This document shows, one piece after another, positions 15,501 through 30,721 of a stretch of 64,000 bases of DNA. Below the pieces are notes generated by a model, which saw only the letters and a program-made list of their open reading frames with translations, was not told where the DNA came from and searched no databases. The position numbers and the translations under genes were made by a program. This stretch comes from Phoronis australis (taxonomy: Eukaryota; Animalia; Phoronida), in the NCBI GenBank assembly GCA_002633005.1, contig NMRA01000314.1:433234-497233 (forward strand). The letters run 5' to 3'. Each line of letters starts with the position of its first letter. Within the stretch, counting starts at the first letter, position 1.

Positions 15501-18500
15501 TAACAAGTTTGGTTGTCGGTGATAGCATAGTGTTGGTGCCGAACTTGGTGGACCTAGCTTTAAGTTTGGTTGTGTCTGCAAGAGTAGACTGGACTTCAAA
15601 CATAACTTACTTAAATACAGTGTTAAATTTTCACTGAATCAACTTGTAAACAACTTCCCCAAAGCTCTGTCAAAACCATGCCACTCAAAGACCAAAGGAC
15701 ACAATGTTACAGTACAACTCACCAATTTTTGACAAGAATAATTGCTAGTAATGTCATTTTTTCATTTTCAAGATTTCTGACATTACGAATGGTTTCTGTT
15801 CTAATTATTGTGTAGAACTGGAGCATCGAAAAACATTTATTGATTAATTCATAGAAAAATGAAAAAAAAAATTCAGTGGTCGGCCATATCGAGTCCTAAA
15901 ATGGTGAGATTTGACAAGTTACACCCAACTGCACTTGTCAAAGAAAGTATTTTGAGTACTTTTAAAGGACAGCATAGCTAGACTCATGTGTCAGCCCTCA
16001 ATAGAGACACTCCTCACAAACTAAACTCAGATGCAGTGCTAAATAAAGCCAGGTATTACAAAACAAAGACAGTCTGCTACAATCAATCAGACTTTGACAA
16101 GGTTTGGCATCAATTAATACACTGCTGTTGTGTGTTAGACTGTCAGTGATGAGGATAGCATATGATGACTGTAGCGCTCTCCAGCACCACCAGGTACCCT
16201 GCGACACTACTCGCCCCCATTCAGCAAAGCATCCATACTACACACCCTGCACCTTGTAAAAAGTGTGGTGCAAACAGTGTTATGTAACTGAACAAGGCCC
16301 TGCAGCTGGTTGTTGCTTGTAACTTGTCTGCAAGTTTCCATCCACATTACAACTTGGGCTAGGGCAAGTAACCCTAAAACAATACCTCTACATGATACTG
16401 TATGTTGTCACACCTGTCTCAAGTCCCCCTAGGGCACGTATCATCCACATTACTGCTAAACCTAGCAGTAATTGTTCTAGAAAAAAAACGTATTATTCAT
16501 AGTAGCCCCATTCGCATGCTTAACTGAGAAACCCGTGTATTAATTGTTTACCTAAATTCGCTTTTAATTCTGTTAACGCCTGTGTTCTCATGTGGTCAGT
16601 TCCTGCTAATGGAACCTCCTTTTCTGGGTCACTCCTGCCGTCGACTTTGGTCACTACTGCTCTCGTGGCTTCAAATCCGATACCAACTTAGTCAAACTGG
16701 CAAAGAATTCGTAAAAAATGCTGTCAGCAAACCAGTCGTAGATTCACTCCCGGTTAGTTGGGAGGGGGTTATTTTGCTAAGAATGCACTTTTCTTGCACA
16801 TGAAAATTGGACTCAAAAATGTGGTCACGTGTCAATAATAAAGACACAGTAGAATGAAGCATATTTTTAGAATTGTCGATCTTTCTCTTTTCAGAAAATA
16901 TATACTTTTAATGGTGGCAAAGCATAATTTTTTCGATATTTGACTTAAGAGTTGAGGTCGTTTATTGCGTCCTAGATAACCTTAATAGGCCTTTGTTTAT
17001 CGTTACAATTCAATTACTGACAGACAATGAATGTACTTTGAGCAAAAATGGGTGGTGAGAAACAAACTAACTGCTGGTGAAAACTATCCTTTTGCTTATA
17101 GCTCTTGTGTCTAGCTACAATGCTAGTGGTTTTGCTCTCATCTTTGCCCGTGAAACTGTTGGCGTTGTCACCACTCATGTGAACCTAGTATGACACAGTA
17201 TTTGTACCAGTGAAAATGCTGTGAATGGTTTAATAGAGACCCCACTGCTAATGCCAGGCATGCTCTATTCAGAAACACCACAGGCTCAATAAACAGCCTG
17301 CAGGGAAATAGATTTTCGATTTTGCTGCCTTCACATTTGGAAACCAGACACTATGTAGAAATCCTCAACAAGAACTTCAGTATGTTTACTTGTTAATAGT
17401 GGTTTTGTTTATTTACATCTCTTGAAAGGCAGTCAAACATATGTTCTAGAAGATCCAAAGTGACTAGCATATGTGACTCCACTTGGCATTGATGGCCCAT
17501 ATTATGAACATGGATACAACATTGTGGCCCATATTATAAATACAACATTGATGGCTCGTACTATGAATATGGATACAACATTGATGGCCCATATTATGAA
17601 CATGGATACAACATTGTGGCCCATATTATAAATACAACATTGATGGCTCCTACTATGAATATGGATACATTGATGGCCCATATTATGAACATGATAAAAC
17701 ATTAATGGCCCATATTATGAACATGGATTCAACACTGATGGCCCATATTATGAACATGGATACAACATTCAATTTCCCTCAGTGTTAGCCACCTGAAGAC
17801 AAATGCCGTGTATGTCACAATTTGCTAATGAAGGGTAACACAATATTACAGACACTGCACACAGTGTCTTGGAAGAGGAGGTTACTGATGAGGAATAAAA
17901 TGCACACTAAACATATAACAGAGTTATGTAATATAACAAAAGGAAGTTTGCCATTTATGTTCAGAACCAGCATTCCCACATACTGAAGTTCTATAAATGG
18001 CCCAACATAAAATAACCAACATGAAAGAACTTTGTAACTTTACTGCAATGAAGTGATTAATTTGAAATGACTTTTCAATGTAATCTAAAACCAAATTTCT
18101 GTACTTGAATTGAGTGCAGGTTGCTTGAGACTGCACTTCAAAGTAACCATGACCTATATTTTTCTTTGCACTGAATATAGTACATATAATTTGTTACATG
18201 AGTCAAAATAATGTACAACCAAGTGTTACAAAAGTCTTGGCTAGACAACCACAGGTTTTAGCGTTTCTAAAAGGCAGCAATGCATGTTTTGAGTCCACTG
18301 TTATCCATGTGATGGCCTTAGGAGGTCTCAATAATTATGTTCCAAACAAAAAGCTCCTTTCAGCAAAATCTAGCTAAAGCCAATTTTCAAAGCAATTTTT
18401 GCATTGCTCTGTAATCTCTGGAGTGACAAAACATCAAAATTATGAGAGAAATATGGCTACTGTTTCATTTAGGTACTTTTTAAAAATGTTATTTTCAATT

Positions 18501-21500
18501 TAAAAAAATGTGCCATTTAATAATGCCAATTTACAATTGACCTATCGCCAGGAGTTTGAGTGAGGGCTTAACTGACCAATCACAATGCAGCATTCTTGAC
18601 ACACCTTCGTTTCCAAGTTGTCATTCTACCTGACAAACAACTCGTTGCCGGGTAAAATGTATTTTTTCTTAGTTGACATTTCTCAAGGGGCCCCCCCCCG
18701 GAGCTTGCGATAGGTCAATTCCAACAGTCACCTATTTCAGTTTTTGTACAAAAGAGCCTTTGTCATCCTAGCAGATGATATTGATATCAGTCAGATGTGG
18801 TCAGGATTGTTGAATATACATGTGCAACTGTCAACCTGGTTGAAATTATGTTCGTGTGTGCTTCTGTGCGCACGTGTGTGTGTGCGTGCGTGTGTGCGTG
18901 CGTGCGTGTGTGTGCGTGTGTGTGCGTGTGTGTGCGTGTGTGCGTGTGCGCGTCTGCGTGTTCGTGTGTGTAGCATAAAGACAAACTTTTAATGGTTCCT
19001 ATCTGGCACTTACAAATAATACTGATTTTATGGGCTCTTCAACCAAAATACAGAATGGTCAAAATAGATTTCAATTGAAAATGTCCATATATTGCGCTAA
19101 AGCTGACTTCTGGTTGTTTCACTAACACCAGCACGCATTGTTGTTTCACTAACACCAGCACGCATTGTTGTTTCACTAACACCAGCATGCACTGTTGTTT
19201 CACTAACAACAGCACACACTATTGCTTCACTAACACCAGCATACAATGTTGTTTCAATGGGCATCACTACTCATCACGCTAACATTTTGATACAAAATTT
19301 TGGCCAAAACGTTGTTGACTTATCATCCTACTCAAAACACTGGCTGTTACACATTTACTCTAGACACCAACAGACACCGTTACGGTAAAAAATCCCGAAT
19401 TCGGCACAGTCTCCTGAATTTCGGACACCTAAATCCTACCCAAACTGATTTTTTTGTTTTGATTCTCAAATTTGGGACACGATCGAATTTGGCATTCACC
19501 ATATTTCTCAAATTTCGGAAACATCGGCATTGACCGCAATTCTCACATTTCGGACAACTAATACCGGTGATTATTTACACATCATTTAAAACTGCCACCG
19601 GTGTAATGTATTGACTGATGTCTCAGTCTATAGTTATTGATTTGGATGGTTTGGGTAAATCTCGAATGTTTTCTTGGCAGTCGTAATCACAGACTCAAAA
19701 TATTTGCCCCGCTTGATCACGTTTTCACTATGCAAATGAAATTGTGTCCAACTTTCACGTAATCGCCACAGTGTCACACTCACAGCTCTTAATAAGCACC
19801 GGAGATGAAACCTTTGTGTTTCCAAGTTGAATCTCGGGTTCAAAGTTTAAATTCTTTTCAGCGAACATGCGGCCCACTAATACCTTCCTCTCAGTGCCCC
19901 GACCTTCACTATGTCATGCACCCGAATTGGCAAAACGATGTTGTTCAGTGTCAAGTTAAACCAGGCTTCATGAAAAGCAAAAATCCATGTCCTAGTTTGT
20001 TGGATGGGTTGTTTTTAAGCTTCCGACAAACTTTTGATATTTTCAATGGTTCAGTGCTTTTACTCGTATGTCGCTTAAGCTGGCATGGGTACCATATTTG
20101 GCATACATATGACATCACATAACAACAAGCCTGAGCACATGGCAACAAGGAATAACAATTTCAAAGTTCTATTGATTGAATATATCCCAATCGCATAAAG
20201 CAACAGTTCTACAATTGTCAAATAAACGCCCCGATACGTAGTCGAGATAAGACTGCAGGAACCTTATTTCCATGTAGGCGGGAACGCTGTTTCAGTCTGT
20301 TTGAGTGACAATTGATGCATAAGTATGTCGCACGCGCTGCCCCAGAAACAAACCAGGGTTACATATACTGCAGTCGCGTCGTCTGCGTTTGGTTTGTGAA
20401 CAGTTTAACGTGAAGACATTGAGATTGCGAATAATCAGTCACCGAGTGCTACACAACAAATATACATATTTCCCGTCACAAAGTTTGGTAAGTCGATTAT
20501 GTCCAGTGTCAGGAACATCGTTGTTTATGTTTTGAGGACATCGTGTGAATTTCTTGTCAGCAATAACGATCACAAATCTGCGCGGCTGTTCAAACGGTGT
20601 AAAACCGCATATCGATCGGCAGTCGACCGCGTAAGTTTTAAGATTTTGGACACCGTCGATTTTGCCGTCTTTTTCATATTTCTCGAATTTCGGACGGCCA
20701 ATATTGCCTATTTCTAAAATTTCGGACAGGTTCAAAATAACTGTTTTTTCGCTGTCCAAAATTCAGCAATTTTTACCATACCGGGTATATTGCACCTCTC
20801 CAGAGGAACCAGGGAGAAACGAAATGCATAAACAAGGGGAGGAACTGAAAAAACAGTACAAACCATGAACAGATGCAAAAGAGTTCTGTCCAGATTTGAT
20901 GCAGAGGACAATATTTCTGTTGGTCATTTTGTTATACTGTTTCAGCGGGCTTAATGTGACTAATGGCATAAAGGGTGTTTATAGACTTGAAGGTGTCTTG
21001 TTAGCTGGTCAGACACATCAGTTATGGTTTGTTTTATGCTAGAGTTCTCACAATACAAACAGTAGGTAGCATCCAGCCTCTACAACTCAACCTTCAACAC
21101 ACACTGACATCAGGTTGACACGATTGGCAAAAAACCTACCAGTTTTTCAGGGGCAACAAAATGTAGGGTTTTAGCTAGCCAGATATGTAGGGACAATTTT
21201 AGAATCGCAGCCGGCGTGATTGGCTAACTTGACTGCATGCAAAAATTGAGTCATAATCATGCTTTTTATGGTACTGTATAATAGTATAATACCAATTGGT
21301 TTCAGATTGTAATGCAAGGAAAATGCAGATCGGTGGATCAAAATTAATGTAAGTGATGAAAACAAATGAATATTTTTGTAACAGGGTCAAGAATACTGTA
21401 GATCCCAACTGGACATATGTGTTTAGTTCATAATTAATAGTTAAGACTAATCAGGAGACAGCACATTGAATCACACATGCCTAAAAAATTTGAATCTAAA

Positions 21501-24500
21501 AGATGGAATATAATAACGTCACCCGACCCACAGGTCCCCCAAATTGGAGAGAGATTTGAAGCCTATAGGTCAATTGACCCTTTCCAAAGTTTTTCTTCAA
21601 CCTAAAATTATCCCTGAATATATTGTAGGCAAAGAGCTCATTTTCACCAGCAGTTTACGTCGGCTTCCTCAACACCCGAAATATTTAATAAAAATAGATG
21701 TGCAAGCAGCTCCCTCTCTGTAATAAATTGATTTATGCTACAAGACCCGCAGTCCCCCTACACATGTGTGATAGGTGAAGACAGCGCTCAGGCTACTTAC
21801 TCAATAAGTGCTAGCGTTTTAGCCAGTTTGTGAAACCTCCAACTACGCAATTATAGTAATCAGTGAGGGTGACTCAGTGCATATGAGTGGCAGTCCAATA
21901 TCTGTTTGGTTAATAGATGATAATTAATGAACTATGTTACCGATGGAGGTAAAAAGGCCTGCTCGATAATTCACAATAATTAGTCTGTATGTTACGAATT
22001 TTTAGCATTTGTTTGCATACATTTCTAAAGTACACTACAGTGTTTTGATTCAGAATGAATAATTATGATGTCATTGGAGGTATCCAACTCATTGTTTCTT
22101 TAAATGTTTTTCATATTTAACATTCAGGGTGTGGAAACATTTCCATGGCTACACGTCTAAATTCTAGAGACGATCATTAAATCCCAGCCCCGGACCATCC
22201 GACACCAAACCTGCCCTCTACATTAAATCCCAGTCCTGGACCATCAGACACCATACCTGCCCTCTACATTAAATCCCAGTCCTGGACCATCAGACACCAA
22301 ACCTGCCCTCTACATTAAATCCCAATCCTGGACCATCACACACCAAACCTGCCCCCTACATTCCAAACTTCCCTATCATTACCCCAACATCAGTGTGGAA
22401 AAGGCTTCACTCTCGCTGATCAAACTCCAGTCTCAGAGACCAACCAGTCTGGGTGAGGAATCGCTGGGACTGGAGTTTGGTCACATGGTACGGAACATTA
22501 CTGGCACGTGTGTGGAGTGTACGTGTGGGGGGTTTACACCGTGAGTTAGGTGTCTGTTTTTCTGGTACAGCGATTTACACTGGCGACTATAGCTGCAATT
22601 TGGAGGCTGAGCTATAGAATCACTTTCCAACAGATACTGGATCTTTTACTAAATCTTTCGTAATTAGAAGAAAATACAAACGAACTAGAGAAATAAATTT
22701 TTTGAAAACATCATCAACATGGTGTGCTGTTAACCATCAAAGAGAACATTCATAGATAAATGGCAAGAGTGACAGTAATGAGACTGCCTAGTTGTGTGCC
22801 AACAATGATAAGTCACTACATCAGTTAAAACTGCATATAGAGCTGTACTTATTGATCACTTTCAGCATAGATCAGTGATATCTGCAACATGTTCATTAGT
22901 GATGATGTCTTCCAGATAGGTGAAGACAACTCATCAGAGTAACAGAGGGATACTCTTTTACATAATAGATTAAACTATGGTGTTTCCATTTGCATTTCTA
23001 TTTCGTGTGACGTTTGAACAGTCACAAGGGTCATTTTCCAGCCACAGCATACAGTGTAGGAACTGAGGAACAGGCAGAGTGGCCACTCTTACCTGGGTAA
23101 GGTCAAGGTGGTCAGTGTACCCCCATTAGTCACCATACAAAAACCTGGTCAAGAATTTGCGGATCAGGAGATGTGTTGAAGATGTCAATGTAGAGGTGAA
23201 ACTTTCCAATGTTGATTGTATTGTGTTCACATTTTCCTATGTCCCAAAACACAAAAGTAAACCTTGTGTGTTTCAAATCAACCATTGACTCCAAAGAAAA
23301 TGACCCCCGTGCAAACAACACACCAGTCTCACTAAAATCTGTCAGCTTTTTTGAGTAAAACGAAAAGTTTTTTGAGCTACGTACTAGATCAACTCACTGG
23401 AAAAAAAAACAGGTAACCTACTGAGTAACACCAAATGAGGCATTAATTGTGACAGTAGATAGATCCGTAGGTGAGTTTTCTGAGCTTTGCACATGTGTTT
23501 GAGGTCCACTAATTGGTCAAAGACTGCATGCCTTCTGAGCTTGGTGTTCTCGACAACTGAAAACTCAAACGTGTCGGAAGTATACACAACAACAATTGTG
23601 CTGGAGGCGCCCGGTGGCTTACTGTTCTTTGAGTAACACCTAATATAGTTCCAGCTCTGCCTATGTGGCCTGCCGCAGGACTATTATCGTATACAGTTAT
23701 AACAACTGCATAACCTAATTTAAAGCAGTACAGATCATAATCAATGATGGTGACACTTTTTTTCCCAAACTTGAGGCTATTCTTTCAAACTGGTCGCACC
23801 TCACAAGTGTCTGCCTGCGAACACAGGTCATGTGGACACATCAAAACAGGTCGTGGAGAGCACAGGAGCTATCATGTTACTGTATGATGAAAAGCCACAC
23901 AGGAACCAGATGCGGAGTGGGGGTTTGTTGATAGTGAAATGATGATAAACAGGATTTATATAAAGAACTTGAAGTTGCAATATTAAGTTGAGCAAGAATA
24001 CTGCAATGGTTTGTAAAACTTTAGCCATAAAGTCCAAATAATAGACATTTTTCTTGATACGGCGACATGATGAAATACTTCGCCTAATCGCCTTGTCACT
24101 CACCAGATGGCAATAGGGTAGTTATGGCAATAGGATAGTTAGTAAAGACAAGACACTTCCCGATCATAAAAATGGACGGAATTCCCGGAATCTGATTTCT
24201 ATCACGGAATTAGGGATCACAGACGGAATTTACACAATAGCACATACCATAATTCCACTATTTTGGATAATTATCAAAAATTAAGAACATAAATTTCATC
24301 AAATTCAACAATTCTAGTCATAAATCGATCCACACCGATATGTTCAAGTAGTGGTCCATTCTTCCTACAGGGGGCGCTGTTCTTTTCATGCATTATCCCC
24401 TAAACGGAGCTGCGACATAATGCTTTACATTTCTCAGAAATAAAAACTTTACTGATTTACAAAAACGATAAAATAGAACTTTGTGTTTGTTAAAACTGAT

Positions 24501-27500
24501 CTTTTGTTTATGAAAAACGTCAAACCAGGCTCTCTAAAAACAGTGTTCTGCATTCTTGTATGAATTAAATGTGGTGGGATATTTCTCATAGTTTCTTAGG
24601 TAAGCTTTATGACTATCATGCTGTCAATTGCATTGCTGAAAGGGAGAGACGATCCACACAAAAATGGGCTTAGTCCCTGTCACATCAGAACTTGGAAGTA
24701 AGGTCAATAGAGATACATTCTATAGTCTCCTAACCCTAAAGAGATGTACATATAATGTTTCCCATTAGTTGAGGGCAAGTTTTACCAGAAACTGAAGCAG
24801 CCAAGTTAAATACCCATTTGGGGGTGGGACATATTCCAGAGACAAATTGTTATTATGTGGTCAAGTATCAGTCTTCTCCATCTATAGGTTTCACACTTTT
24901 TCATGAACACTTCCTGTAACTGAGACAGCTTAGTGTAAACTTTAGGAGAAACCTTGTCCCATAAATTTCTGCACTCAGTTGAGAACACTGAAATGAATGG
25001 GGGGCAAGGGAAAGCAAAACATTTTAGCGAATCAGAGTAGTTACCAACAAATATCAAAAATGTACAATAAACAGCAAGCTACTTGGAACTGAAAATTCGG
25101 CCTCCTGAAAAAAGTAGTGATTTTGCTCGTCACAAACACGCAGTTCATAAAACATATATGCCATACTTTGTGTTACAAACACACCACCTATACAGTGACA
25201 TCTGAGTTACAAATTACCATGGACACCCTCCACAGATGTTAGACCTAAGCTAATTGTATAATGGCTCTAGCAACAACATCTTCCTTCACCAGGTTTTGGC
25301 CCAGCGGAATTGACACCGAGCAAATTGATTCCAGGTCAAGCGGCCATTTACACACACAACTCACTAACTGTGGCAAGACGAAGTTGTAGGCAAGAGAGTG
25401 GGACGCACATGCGCAGGTTTACAAATGGCGGGAGTTGCAGAGACAGAGAACCTGTGTGTAGGTCATTGCACACAATGCACAGGCACAGTAGAGATGATCC
25501 TTTCCGCCTTGCCCCAGTTTCGTGTTTAGACATGTAATTGACACGGAGCAAGCTGATCGGCCGCAAACTGCTCTACCTCACATACGAGTGGCAAAAATTG
25601 TCACCGAGCTGTCAATTTGCTCCAGGTCAGTCCCGCTTACAAACACACTTGCGCTAGAACATCTCGTTCTATGTCTGCTGATCGGTGTCAACTTTTGTAG
25701 TGTAAACGGCACTATAGCATAAAACCTTGATGCAAATGTGAGTATTGGAGGTCTGAAAGGGAGTTTGGATGGTGGTGGAAGACAGATTTTGAGGCCTGCA
25801 ATGAAAATTAGATTCTGGGGCTTGGAGGGTAGAGTCCTTTTAGTGGAATTTTGGCTTGTTTTCTTCTTTTTCTGGAGTTTTTATTTCTCTGAGGTGGACC
25901 TTTTTGCCCACTTCGCCAAATGGAGGGGGATTCGTTCGAGGCCCCGAGCTCTCCCTGGGTGCATGCAAGTGGCTTCTTCTTCGCTATAGTCACATACACA
26001 GACATATCTGCTGTTAATACACCTTCAAGAAACAAATTTCATAGGGAAACGAAATAAATGAATATATGACTCAGCAGCTGTTTCAATGTAAAATATAATT
26101 ACTTCAAATATAAAAATTTTAATGTAGAATTTTAATTCTAATTTTAATGTAGAATTTTAATTTTAATTTTAATGTAGAATTTTATTTTTGATTTCTGACT
26201 TGTTGGTGATGCTCCAACAAAATCGCCGCGGACGTGGATGACACAGAATTTCAATTTCACAAACAGAAAATTAAGAGTGATGAATACAAATGCATCTACG
26301 CAATGGTACAAGCTATTAAATGCAAAAGATGACACTCAAGTGCAACTGCCAAATGCATTACTTTAGACAATAACTAAAATTCATTAATTACTCAACTGTA
26401 CTTTAATAATTTAGAATGAAAATGATTTTTGAAGTGTATTAATCACAGAACAAGTCTAGTTCACATTAACATATTTTCACAGACTCTAGGCTTGGAACAA
26501 ACTCGATAACTTAGAAAAAATGAAATTTCTTAACTGTTAGAATACAATTAATGTTTATAACCAGCATCTTTGCAAATAGAAATCAGTTAACATTAGCCTT
26601 TTAAAAAACAAAATGCGTACAACTGAAGACACAATACGGCTGAGCATTTTTAGATCATTTTGCCTATCAAAACATAAGTAGTTACAAAATTAAACTACCG
26701 TACGGTAAATTGTTCTCCATGTTGAAGTTCTGTACCATACATAGCCACCGTCAGTCACTGAGACTCACTGGATCACACTGCTAAACCCTTGAGACAGGTT
26801 TCTAGCTCCTCAGCTTGGTTTTAAAAGTGTATATTTATGAAGTACAAAAGTGGTTCCAGGTGATCAATGCAATGAGCCTACGCGCGTGGCCTGTGCACGT
26901 CTCTGTACCAGACCACCTGCAATTACTTTTTTACCATCAGTCAGGATTTTGAAAAATTGTGAGCAATGACAAGAATGTTAGAAGCTCTCAAAAATGAAAA
27001 AGGGGCATTTTAGCAATTAGGTTTTTATCAAAACTGGTGACGTTTCAAGGTATTTAATATCACCAGTAAATTTTGCCGCAATCAGAGCAGACACACTGGC
27101 ACTCTAGACAGAAAATATACACCAAGGCAGCCAGTTTCATACTTCTTACTAAGACTGACTTTGGCACTCACAACCAATAGATGAAACATTCCTAAGAAAA
27201 TTACATATTGAAATCATCTATGATGTATAAGATGTCCATGTATTCCTCATTAGAATATAGCCATAAATACAGCTTCTGAAGTTCAAACGTTGTGATCAAT
27301 TTACCATGATTTCTCAAAGTATCTGTCAGATGATAACGATGGTATACGTGGAACTTCAAAAACGATATGGAATTTATTTGGTGTTACTGTTCGTTTATGA
27401 AAAAAATGGTAAAAATAAAATCTCATTTTCCGCCACATTGTGTCCTAAAATAGGTGATATTACTATAGCAACCATCTATGCATTTAGCTCAGCTCACCTG

Positions 27501-30500
27501 CACCTGCTCCGAGATGAAAAAAAAACAACTGGGACATTCACCTCGTTGAGCAAAATTCTTATGGTTCATTATTGTTGTAGGTGTAAGCTATAAATTCAGT
27601 CCAACAGCATTCAAGTTCGAGGAACACGGGTCTCCCTCTGCCCTTGCCTTTATAACTCAGAATCGTAGGCCCAATTGTTATGACTAAAACTTGCAAGTCT
27701 AGGGTCAAGGCCTGGAGTCACTCTATTAGACACCCAAAACTAACAGTAATGTGAGAGGTCTGTGCTTCACATGAACTTAAATATTCATAGGAGACACTGT
27801 TGACACATTGGGTATGTTGAGAGTAGTCATAACAGGTATCATACCTGTGTGAACGACTAACTAAACAGGTACACAACAAGTCAATAAAGGGAGTCAGGTG
27901 GGAGGTTCTCAAAACTTTGTTTTCAGTGTTTGGAGAACAAGATTGATACCGTGGACATTGTACTATGAGGCCTCTCCAGGTTGATTGGAAGATGCAATGA
28001 ACTCCTTGAAACAACACCAGTAAGGTGTCTGAGTCATCATAGGGCTTATGAGAAGTAGAGCATACAGAGCAGAGAGTATGGTGCTGGGTAAATCAGTTAT
28101 AGTGTGGGGTATTTAGGGAAGTAAGGTTTCTCCATGTTGACAGACAGGTGGACTACACTCACTTGAGACAATACATGGTGTCCGGGATATCATGGTGATG
28201 CCGTGATTTAGCGTGGATAGAAACAAATACAGACAATACGCAAAACTGTCACCATTTAGTTCAGACATGGGCATATAATCATTTTTGATTAGCTGTATGC
28301 AATCAAAAGATAACAGAAACCAATGCTGCCAACTACACTCACATTGTGACAAGTTATTGCATAACCACACTGCTCAGTTCAATGAAGGCATCCATAGATC
28401 TTGGTGCATTGAAATTCTTTGTGGAAACACATGTGAAGAAAAAGACAGCAGACATTGTTACTGTGAAATTGTTTGCGGAAACACTATGGAGACAATGATT
28501 GCAAGCATAGTGCATTAAAACTCTTCACCGAAGCACTATGAAACACAGACAAGTCAGATGTTCAAGTCAGACATCTGGTGCAGTCCACATTACAACTTTT
28601 CCTAGAACAAGTTTTCGCTGGGTTCAGTACAAGTGTACAAGATATATGCGCTGGATTAATTTCAAACGCGTTTGACAACTTAGCCCACCTTATCGAGGTA
28701 GGGTAACTTGTTCAAGGGTAACTTAGCCAGCTCAAGTTGTAAGTGTGGACCGAAACCTGCAGACAAGGCTGAAGTAATTCCCAACTGAGTACTTGTGCAC
28801 TTACAAACATAAAGGAGTCTAATTATTCTTCTGCCATTATTTGCCACATAAGTCACAAGGTGGGGTTAGTAGCTCCAAGGCTTTAGGCCCTTTCATATTG
28901 ACTTAACTCCGGTCTGAGCTCGGAGCGTCGACGTAAACAGCGCAGTTAACTGGACTGTTCATACTGGCTTCGGTAGTTAATGACCATCGAAGAAAAGGGT
29001 TGGTGACGCTGACGTCATCGAAGTTATCGCAAGGTAGCGCTGCACGCTAAGATTTTTTTCAATGTGACAATTTGGAACATTTAAATGTGCTAAATGACAG
29101 TAAACTCATTTTTAAAGCGATTGGTTATCATTAAAGCAAACAATAAGTAGTTATTAGTGACGGCACTACTCCGTAACTGTTGACGATAACAGTGGCACCT
29201 GGCGATAACTTCGATTGGACCGGAGTTAAGCGTTCATACTGCACGGCAGCGTCGACGCTGCGGTCTTAAATCCACCTATTAACTGCGATGTTAACTGGAG
29301 CTCTTAACTGCGATCCAGGACCAGAGTTAAGCGTTCATACTGCACCGCAACTCCCCAAACCATCGACGCGTCGACGTTAGTATGAAAGGCCCTTATGTGT
29401 AGTGTGGATACAAGTTAGGGAGAAACAGCATTCTGACAGTTTGCCATATGGGAGACAGAGAGTGTGGATGCACCCTTCAACACAGGAACACGACTCTTCA
29501 ATTAACACTGGGAGCACACAGGCAGTCTGTCTTCAACAGGTCAAGTGAGAAACCTATGTCAAACACCCCAGGCAGTAGTAGAAAGAGTGAAATGTTTCAC
29601 AAACATTCTAAGACAAACTGAAAAAGTGAGGCTACAAAACTCCTATAGCAAATATGTCACTGCAATTTCAATGTAAAAATTAACGATTTATGTTTGGATA
29701 TCCACATTTCACTTGAGCAGCATTTTAGCCCCAGACATGTTTACCAAATACTCAAGGTGACACTAATTTTCAGGTTACTTCAACAAAATAAATTCTTGGT
29801 GCCATTAAAAGCCCAGCATAAACAAACAAAAGCCCAGCAATAAGATCTGGGCCAAGTTTCAAAGAAAGCAAGGTTCCCATTTACCGGTAGAACAAACTTT
29901 ATTCATAGGCTTTGAAAGAAGAAGCATAAAAATCCCTGTAACTATGGTAGTAGTTTTAAGTTTTTAAAACTTGTGTAAAGCTTAAAACTGTTAGTATCGA
30001 TAAATCTGTGAAAGAAATATCTCTGATGCTTTTCTGAAGGCTTTGTCTCGATTTTGTCAGAATACAGACAAGAACAAATCCTCGAGGTAATGGGGCATTA
30101 AATTGCAAGAGACTTCCCAAATGCCAGCCATTGATACAGGGCTAATGAGTGGAGTAAATCCTATATGATCAGAGCTGGACTGAAGGTGTGAAGGGTTATT
30201 AGCCAGCCATTCATTCAATATGTCTGTGTAAACACTACCAGGCGACTTCCTGTAGAAGACTTAGTGATAGAGAACTTGATGGTAACCATCTGTGAGGCAG
30301 AAATTCACTTTAAAATACTTTTAAAATTCGTTACTTCATAGATTTGATGTTTGTCAACTGAAAATTCCAGTGGACAATATCTTCCCTAAGCCTGTACTGT
30401 TATTGTAACATACATAAGATGGGTATCTAATTGAAAATTACACCTTCAAAGTATTCCTGTTATCCTACTCTCACACACAATTCATACAATCTTTTTCAAT

Positions 30501-30670
30501 CAACAATGTTTGTTGTTGACAAAGACTTATTGTTGGACAGTCCATTAGACAGGTACAATTACAGTGAGAAGGCACAATACAATGGTGACTCACAGCACAC
30601 TGCACTGGATGTAATGGGTACAGTCAGGAATACAGGGATGTGGGGAAATCACTGCCCCACAACTGAGGTG

Positions 30671-30721
<51 letters not shown>

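Noticed and set aside
17487-17769. Array of ~30-bp units resembling a CRISPR array
   Set aside because: Units are contiguous with no unique spacers, there are no cas genes, and the context is a eukaryotic intron; it is a minisatellite.
18744-18992. Cys/Val- and His/Thr-rich ORFs (also 30590-30884)
   Set aside because: Translations of GT/GTGC microsatellites.
20439-20759. 106-aa ORF as a gene
   Set aside because: Overlaps the subterminal repeats of a transposon remnant and has no recognisable domain.
22175-22362. 46-bp repeat array as CRISPR or coding repeat
   Set aside because: Head-to-tail tandem copies with no spacers and no supported ORF.
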